A DNA stretch of 64,000 bases. It comes from an uncultured virus (IMG/VR IMGVR_UViG_3300028638_000009). Lineage: Duplodnaviria > Heunggongvirae > Uroviricota > Caudoviricetes. The notes beneath the pieces are model-generated. The model worked only from the letters and a program-made list of their open reading frames with translations, was not told the DNA's origin and ran no database searches. Shown here in pieces: positions 57,843-64,000 of the stretch. Location of the stretch: the IMG/VR virus record IMGVR_UViG_3300028638_000009; one strand, written 5' to 3'. The translations under genes and the position numbers were made by a program. The stretch's first letter is position 1. The number at the start of each line of letters is the position of its first letter.

Positions 57843-58174
57843 ACAGCCTCCGTTAAGTCACCGACTTTTGTATCGCACTTACTGCAGAAAAGTTCAGATC
57901 CATCTCCACTTTGAATGACTTCTTCTGGGTCGTCTTCATAGGTACCCGTATCGCTTACTGGTTCTTTGCACTTAGGGCACCAGTAATAATCTGCGAGATT
58001 AACTTCTCTTGGAGCAGCCAGGGATGGCGCTCCGTGACTGTCAACCTCCTGCACTGTAAATCCAAGAGGCGGACTGTCCTTTGAGCGTATTGCTCTAGCT
58101 GCGTCTATAGCAGCGTCTATCGGAGATTTTGCGTCAATCAAGATATCCCATGTTACCAAATATTTTTTAGCCAT
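57839..58174 (-). CDS. Zinc-ribbon hypothetical protein
   Basis: CPKC...CSKC. Confidence 0.6.
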   Translation of the reverse strand: MAKKYLVTWDILIDAKSPIDAAIDAARAIRSKDSPPLGFTVQEVDSHGAPSLAAPREVNLADYYWCPKCKEPVSDTGTYEDDPEEVIQSGDGSELFCSKCDTKVGDLTEAV

Positions 58175-59228
58175 TAGCCCACTCCTTCGCTATTGCGTAA
58201 ATTTTATCCATGTCTGCCCGCATCTTAATTTCGTCAGTTTCTGTGACTATAGCATCTTTTAGATCCCCATAGTGCGAGTCAAGAACTTCTATGAGTAGCT
58301 TCTTTATTGCGGCTTCATCCGGAGCATACCTCAACGAGGATGACTCATACAGTTTTGTAAGCGACGATTCTTTTTCCTTGAAGTACTCTTCTATTTCAGA
58401 GAACTTCCAGTCTCCCCTTCGTATAGCCTTCAGCATTTCACGCCTGTCTTTACGGTCGAGTGTTAATGTTCCATCCCGCAGTATTTCTTCAGCCTGGTCC
58501 ATAAGGCGAACAACATGGTATGCAAATTTGGTGTCGTATCCGTGTATCTTGGTAGTTATCGCCCGTCTCTTCTCTTTTAATACGTTATTGAACAAGTTCG
58601 AATACCTAACAATAGCTTCAGGGGATTGGTCGGTATTTACCAAATGTGCAGCACCCTCTTCCAGTGAGGAAGTATGATGTATTCCATACTTGTCTTCAAA
58701 TACTAAAAGATCATAAAGCACCGGCTCCGAATCACGCTTCTTACACTTATGTAGCTGTTGGTAGGCGTACCCTTTTAGTTTGTGCCACACACCTTTATGT
58801 AAAAATAAGTGGCGATTTTCCCGTACACGCTGCGCCACAGGACTGCAATGAAGTATGCAGTTTTCGGGAACAAACATAGAATCCAACATGTTGGGGTTAT
58901 TTTCCATAACCAGATTGAAATATTTGCATACTCCGTATATGGACATATCGTATTCGCGGTTCTTGGTTGGGTCTTTTATGTGGTGCTGCTGCCACACTTC
59001 AAAGTTAGGAGGCTCTTTTCCGAACCCTCGAATATTACCAGCTAAATGGGGGAATGTCATATCTTTTGGGGGTATAGCCCATCCGTAGACATCCATGTCC
59101 GAGTAGTCTTCCGCTACTCCGTAAGCAACAGATCCCATCATTACCAGGTAATGGGTATTGTCGCGTAAAAAACTTGGAATTTCGTGGCCTTTTATTATTC
59201 CACGTTTCATTAGATCTTTTAACAGCAT
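58167..59228 (-). CDS. Pol-beta-family nucleotidyltransferase (YcgL/RlaP-like)
   Basis: GSVAYG....SDMDVYG, NNPNMLD, KGYAYQQ, GYDTKFAYHVVRL, IRRG. Confidence 0.88.
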   Translation of the reverse strand: MLLKDLMKRGIIKGHEIPSFLRDNTHYLVMMGSVAYGVAEDYSDMDVYGWAIPPKDMTFPHLAGNIRGFGKEPPNFEVWQQHHIKDPTKNREYDMSIYGVCKYFNLVMENNPNMLDSMFVPENCILHCSPVAQRVRENRHLFLHKGVWHKLKGYAYQQLHKCKKRDSEPVLYDLLVFEDKYGIHHTSSLEEGAAHLVNTDQSPEAIVRYSNLFNNVLKEKRRAITTKIHGYDTKFAYHVVRLMDQAEEILRDGTLTLDRKDRREMLKAIRRGDWKFSEIEEYFKEKESSLTKLYESSSLRYAPDEAAIKKLLIEVLDSHYGDLKDAIVTETDEIKMRADMDKIYAIAKEWANG

Positions 59229-59294
59229 TTAAAAGTTCCTTTCTTTTGAGCGGAAACGGCCCAAATTTAAATCGAAATGTGTTATGTCGAGTAT

Positions 59295-59540
59295 TTACTC
59301 AAAAACATTTTCTATCGTCGCCTCGGTCCCGTATTTTAAAACTGCGCGAACAATACCGTCGTCTACCTCTTTTCTTATCTGCTCCGCCATTCCATCTACC
59401 CACTTATCATAACGTGAGGTACTCCCCCAATGTTTTTTGCGATTCTCCCTCCTGAACATGGAGAATATTGAGCATTTCATGCCCCCAGGTCTGGTAAATA
59501 TGAATTTGTAACGATAGTCGTTTCGTTGTTTTCTGTTCAG
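59295..59540 (-). CDS. Hypothetical protein, possible CUG start
   Basis: AGGAG 7 nt before an in-frame CTG at 59540; first ATG at 59480. Confidence 0.5.
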   Translation of the reverse strand: MNRKQRNDYRYKFIFTRPGGMKCSIFSMFRRENRKKHWGSTSRYDKWVDGMAEQIRKEVDDGIVRAVLKYGTEATIENVFE

Positions 59541-59569
59541 GATAAATCTCCTGTAGTAAAGTTAATCAA

Positions 59570-59600
59570 CTTATACCTAAAAAAAGGGGCCGAAGCCCCT
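59570..59600 (-). promoter_or_regulatory. Terminator (C-UUCG-G loop) followed by GGTATAAG motif
   Basis: aggggc-cgaa-gcccct at 59585-59600; U tract runs into motif at 59570-59577. Confidence 0.8.
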
Positions 59601-59606
59601 AGGAGT

Positions 59607-61043
59607 TTAGTTTGACCCCAGGTCAAGGAGCAATGCGCGCATTCTGTTGACAGTGTCCAACTTTCTGCGGGCCCAGTCCTTGGCCTGAGGAGTAGAATTT
59701 GGATGGCTTATGACCTTGTGATAGTAGAATTCCAGAAGTCCTATTCCGGAGCTTGTTGTGGCGACGCAGTCTTTGAACTGGATGCCGCCTGTTGATATCC
59801 TCAACTGCTCTGCAGGTTTTTCCTGTTTAGCCTTTGAATGTACGTTTGTAAATATCATATTTACTGCTGATTCTGCTGCAGAGTTCTTACTTGTGACTAC
59901 TTCTGGAGGAGTTTTAACGGATTCTTTATCCGACTTCTCTTCCGACTTTTCCCTAATCTTCCTCGTATAGGTTGAGCTGTTCTTTTTAGGGTTATAGTAC
60001 TTTGTCGGTACTCCAGCCGCCTGATCTATCTTATAATGTGCTGAAGCTATGGATATGAATGATATCTTCGCTATCCTTGATACTGGAATTCCCAGATTCT
60101 TGTGAAGGTGTACTACGTAATCTGACAGGAATTTAGTGGTTGCCAGATCCTTACGCAGCCATACCAATTTATCGGGAGTAGTTTCCAGCTTCTTCAAGAA
60201 TACCTGTATTTCATCCTCGGTATATCTCTTCCCGGATTTTCCAGTGAATTCTGCATAGGGATCCGGCTCTTCCGATTCGTTATCATCATCCTGGTGTTCT
60301 TCAGCCAATCTGTCTATCACAGAATCCAGGAAGTCTGACTGAGTAGCGGGCTTGGCAGAAGATTCTGTAGTATCAGGAGTGAACAGCATGTCAAAGACTG
60401 GTTCGAGTATTTCAATAGTGGCTGCGGATGTTTTATTGTCGTTCACAAGCTCTAAAGCTGTGGTATACAGTGCATCATTTTTTCTAATAATGCCTGCTAT
60501 TGACTCCACAGTTCTAGCCTTAGAAGCATCCAATAAAGACTTCAATGAAATGTTGGAGTAGTCTTCCGTAATTATAACTCTTGATAATGCCCACTTGTAC
60601 CACAACATTAATATAGGTCTTGGTATTACGGAATACCCTAAAGTGGCTGCCTCTAGATGCATTAAAGTTTCGGCCTGTGATGGCGTGATAACTTTAATCT
60701 CGGCGCGTCTAGTAAGCTCATCACGAAGCCTATCTGCTGCTCCAGGATCTTCATCCATCCTAATAATTAGGTCCCTTATGTCATCTTTAGATATCTGGTA
60801 TCCGCTTCTGTTATAAATCCCGGAATATGTATTTTCATTAAGCTTTTTAGTCAGTTTTGACATTAAGCTATATCTGCCAATACGTGATTGGTACGATGCT
60901 GAAGACTCGCTAGAATCTAATATATCAGGGCAATCTTCATAGTTTACTTTAGACGTTAATTCCCCACCTATTATGTGGTTACATACTAACAAGGACTCAA
61001 TCTGAATTGATTCTACCAGTTTCTTGTTATTCAAGTCAAACAT
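59607..61043 (-). CDS. Hypothetical protein with possible HTH
   Basis: 478 aa; LGIPVSRIAKISFISIASAHYKI HTH-like segment; adjoins repeat copy 2. Confidence 0.6.
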   Translation of the reverse strand: MFDLNNKKLVESIQIESLLVCNHIIGGELTSKVNYEDCPDILDSSESSASYQSRIGRYSLMSKLTKKLNENTYSGIYNRSGYQISKDDIRDLIIRMDEDPGAADRLRDELTRRAEIKVITPSQAETLMHLEAATLGYSVIPRPILMLWYKWALSRVIITEDYSNISLKSLLDASKARTVESIAGIIRKNDALYTTALELVNDNKTSAATIEILEPVFDMLFTPDTTESSAKPATQSDFLDSVIDRLAEEHQDDDNESEEPDPYAEFTGKSGKRYTEDEIQVFLKKLETTPDKLVWLRKDLATTKFLSDYVVHLHKNLGIPVSRIAKISFISIASAHYKIDQAAGVPTKYYNPKKNSSTYTRKIREKSEEKSDKESVKTPPEVVTSKNSAAESAVNMIFTNVHSKAKQEKPAEQLRISTGGIQFKDCVATTSSGIGLLEFYYHKVISHPNSTPQAKDWARRKLDTVNRMRALLLDLGSN

Positions 61044-61117
61044 TTTCTTTCTCCAATGAAATAATTTTTGATTTTTGGTCGAAAATGGGGTTAATGTGCA
61101 ATGGTCTCTGAAAAAAG

Positions 61118-61411
61118 GTTGTACCGTTCTTGCGCCATCAAATATAGCCCAAACTAGCTCCTAGAAATTGAGAGCGATAGGCTGAAGATGGTACAAAAAT
61201 CAAAGTGATGGTGCAATTGGCCTTACGGGGAATTCGATAAGCATATATAGAGAATTTTAATAATAAAACTAAAAAACCTCTAATAAGTGAATTGAAATCC
61301 CCGTAACAACAAATGCACCGACATTTTGTACGCTGCACCAGTTTTTATTGCACTGAAATTGGCAACTGGATTAGCTAAGAGATGTTTTAAAATCATCTCG
61401 TGGTGTACAAC
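61118..61411. repeat. Palindromic non-coding element, copy 2
   Basis: Homologous to 18329-18622; perfect 14-bp inverted repeat at 61111-61124 / 61405-61418. Confidence 0.85.
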
Positions 61412-61508
61412 CTTTTTTTACCCACCGTTACACAAACGGGTAACTTCCGACCGGCTGGTCATGAAAATGTGTGCTTTCCGCACATTCATATTCAGGATCA
61501 CTTTATAT

Positions 61509-61516
61509 CTTATACC
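61509..61516 (-). promoter_or_regulatory. GGTATAAG motif pointing into repeat copy 2
   Basis: cttatacc. Confidence 0.5.
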
Positions 61517-61572
61517 CTAAAGATGTGTGAAAAAAGCACAAATTATAAGGTAATATATTAAGATATATCAAG

Positions 61573-62277
61573 TTAGGATATAAATACACTAAGTTTAGCT
61601 GACCAGATAGTTTTTACTATACTTTCTAATGAATTCACCGGTCTTACTATTTTTGATATTCTATTCGTATCAGATGATATATTATCTGCTAAACAATGCT
61701 CAACTGTATAAACATCACATATATCGTCAATTAATAGACCAGGATTGGTAGCTAGTAGCGACTGTAACTTTTTAAATATTCTGTATTTTGCAGCAGCTAT
61801 TACATTATACAGCGCGTTTATTCTGCTTATAGATACGTTAACATCCTCATCCATTATAAGCTTATAGCTATCTGGAGACACTGAGACAGATGTCAACATA
61901 TCTATAGCCAGAGAGCCATCAATGTCCTCCACTATGTATGCTAGCTTCATGTATCTTGCTGGATTGTGGAATATTGATTTAAGCCATTTCAAATAGTGGC
62001 TGCCCAATAGTTTTATGTCCACTTTTCTATGTGAATCTATATTTGGATAAAATCCTAGCATTGCTATACTAGCTCCAGCCAGTATACCCTCTATAAAATC
62101 GTCATCTGATAGCGATGATTTTATATTTTCGAATAAACTCTTTATTCCCATTTTACACGCCTTTATTACATACTCCTCCTTGTGCTCTCCTATATAAAAA
62201 TTAGTGTATAGCCTAGTTCTAGACTGTACGAGCACGCAGGCTTTATCTTTTTTTCGGATCTGTATTTGATCTGGCAT
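61573..62277 (-). CDS. Hypothetical protein (AT-rich)
   Basis: GAGG SD before MPDQIQ. Confidence 0.55.
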   Translation of the reverse strand: MPDQIQIRKKDKACVLVQSRTRLYTNFYIGEHKEEYVIKACKMGIKSLFENIKSSLSDDDFIEGILAGASIAMLGFYPNIDSHRKVDIKLLGSHYLKWLKSIFHNPARYMKLAYIVEDIDGSLAIDMLTSVSVSPDSYKLIMDEDVNVSISRINALYNVIAAAKYRIFKKLQSLLATNPGLLIDDICDVYTVEHCLADNISSDTNRISKIVRPVNSLESIVKTIWSAKLSVFIS

Positions 62278-62327
62278 GTGTTTACCTCTATAAATAATTA
62301 ACATTGATGTGACTAAATGTCAATTGT

Positions 62328-62356
62328 TTGACATAGGTAATGACGTAAGGTATTAT
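62328..62356 (+). promoter_or_regulatory. Sigma70-like promoter
   Basis: TTGACA-N17-TATTAT, 6 nt before ATG 62363. Confidence 0.65.
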
Positions 62357-62362
62357 ACGTAT

Positions 62363-64000
62363 ATGGCAAAAGAATACAATGTTGACTACATATGGGATTC
62401 CCTGGCAGACTTCTGGAAGCTCTTTGAAGACGCACCAGTAGTGGATCAGCTGTGGAGAGGTTATGTATTTACCGTTAATAACCTGTATTACCAGCTATAC
62501 CAGTTAAATTTATCAAAGTGTATCCACACTATTCCTTATAAATGGATATCTGATTGGGAAGTGTTCGTACTAAACGACGATACTTCTATAGGGTATTACG
62601 ATGATAATAGGGTATTTAACTTAAATACAAAAATAGTATTGACTGAAGCTGAGCGAGAGGTTGTTACGGCATTGGGCGGCAACTACATGTACCCAGACTA
62701 TCCGTACGTATTCAGATTGCCATATGGAGTAAAAAACGTAACTCAGCTAAATGAGTCTCCTAGAGAGACAGTAATGCTCCCAAACAACACCATGCTGTCT
62801 CCAGATAACGTATTAATTTTACCTGACAATACAGAAAGATATCTCGGAGATAATTTGTATTATCCAGAAGAGGTTGTGGAATGGGACGACTATCTCGTGT
62901 TCCCAAAAGGAATAACAGTTGACACTGTTAAGATGTTCCCTAATAGTGACTTCATAGTTAACGAAGTAGCTAGAACTATACATTTTAAGCGCAAGCCATA
63001 TGAATTAATGTGGTCAAATCTAGCTATACGCGATTTGGAAATGATATATGACAACTTTGGAGTATTGCTTAAATACTATAAACCAGATTCATATAAATAT
63101 TTAAGAGAAGTGCAGGGACTATGGTTCGCATACTGGAACGGAGCAGCCGTAGCCAATATAGAGATAGGATTGAATATACTTAGAGATCTACCATTTGTAT
63201 CGGAAGATGGTGTAGTAGAAAAAGTATCTACTGTCGATAGTATAGCCACGATAGGGGATAACGACGTATTTGTAACTAAATCACAGTATGAGCTGCTAAC
63301 AGTAGGTAAGGAAGTCTCGTATGTGAACGCAGAATCTGGCGTCATTAAAGTGGGCCAAAATTATATAAGAATATCTCCAGATGACGCCGCTAACATATCT
63401 GTAGGGGACGCCATAGTAGACAAAAAGCTGCCCACAGTGTCTATACAAATAAGTGGGTCTAAGTACGACTTTACGGGAGAATCCACCGTATCTGTGGCAG
63501 TTGGAGAATTTGTTCCCAAATTCATGCCACTCACCAATGCTATAGGCGTGTACGATTATATAAACTATCCTGGATGGTGGAGAGAATATGTAGGCGGATA
63601 CTACGATAATTTTGAAACCTGCTTAAATATTGGTGGGGCCTACTTTGACACCACTTTCTTCGACTCCGGAATATTTGACGCTATGGATTCAAATAGATGT
63701 CTGGAAGCACTATTCCTGCAATACTTTACCTTTCTGGTAAAGATAGACAGCTCTGCGTGGTTCTGCAGCAGGGCAGACCTTGAAGTAGTAATTGCCTTCT
63801 TGCACGCCATAAAACCTGCATATACTCATTTCCTGTTTCAATTTGATTTAATGTTGCAAGATGACACAGTTACGCATGATTCTGAATTTAGGTTTAAAGA
63901 CTGGAACTATTGTCCTAAGGACATTCCGTTAGATCATCATCATTTTGACATGGAAGTTATACACCCAAATTTTGATGATGGCAGCTACTTTGATTTTGAC
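62363..64000 (+). CDS. Baseplate wedge subunit, 3' truncated (not in ORF track)
   Basis: Open from MAKEYNVDYIWDSLADFW; DNFG, VQGLWFAYWNG, GLNIL.DLPF, FLHAIKPAYTH wedge motif. Confidence 0.75.
   Translation, partial: MAKEYNVDYIWDSLADFWKLFEDAPVVDQLWRGYVFTVNNLYYQLYQLNLSKCIHTIPYKWISDWEVFVLNDDTSIGYYDDNRVFNLNTKIVLTEAEREVVTALGGNYMYPDYPYVFRLPYGVKNVTQLNESPRETVMLPNNTMLSPDNVLILPDNTERYLGDNLYYPEEVVEWDDYLVFPKGITVDTVKMFPNSDFIVNEVARTIHFKRKPYELMWSNLAIRDLEMIYDNFGVLLKYYKPDSYKYLREVQGLWFAYWNGAAVANIEIGLNILRDLPFVSEDGVVEKVSTVDSIATIGDNDVFVTKSQYELLTVGKEVSYVNAESGVIKVGQNYIRISPDDAANISVGDAIVDKKLPTVSIQISGSKYDFTGESTVSVAVGEFVPKFMPLTNAIGVYDYINYPGWWREYVGGYYDNFETCLNIGGAYFDTTFFDSGIFDAMDSNRCLEALFLQYFTFLVKIDSSAWFCSRADLEVVIAFLHAIKPAYTHFLFQFDLMLQDDTVTHDSEFRFKDWNYCPKDIPLDHHHFDMEVIHPNFDDGSYFDFD

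Noticed and set aside
63076..63345. 89-aa - strand ORF
   Set aside because: Antisense to the long open + strand wedge gene starting at 62363
1..64000. Stop-codon recoding or tRNA genes
   Set aside because: Conserved genes are intact in the standard code and all three stops end genes; no cloverleaf recognised by eye, though tRNAscan-SE would be needed to exclude tRNAs

Overview
A 64 kb internal segment of a large contractile-tailed dsDNA bacteriophage, apparently using the standard genetic code; I found no tRNA, rRNA or CRISPR array by eye. Virion genes sit in three + strand islands: neck/sheath/tube (to 6142), chaperone/tape measure/baseplate plus a phage sigma factor (26972-41570), and a baseplate wedge gene running off the end (62363-). 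Long - strand blocks encode replication and metabolism (PolA, AEP primase-MCM helicase fusion, SF2 helicase, RuvC, Cas4-like nuclease, SSB, class II RNR) and accessory genes. The strongest candidate new system is a complete phage-encoded ubiquitin-like conjugation operon (46744-53694): Ubl ending KG-N, ThiF/E1, JAB peptidase and a 1472-aa protein with an E2-like domain. Other highlights: a shared [DE]I-x6-K[LA]A peptide on five dispersed proteins (possible capsid-loading or maturation signal), one being an ADP-ribosyltransferase-like protein next to an ADP-ribosylglycohydrolase; a stand-alone CARF-like protein; a ~300 bp palindromic non-coding element present twice, ungapped, 42,789 bp apart; a GGTATAAG motif upstream of about ten - strand units; and a type IV pilin-like gene. 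All family calls come from visual motif recognition, not database searches.
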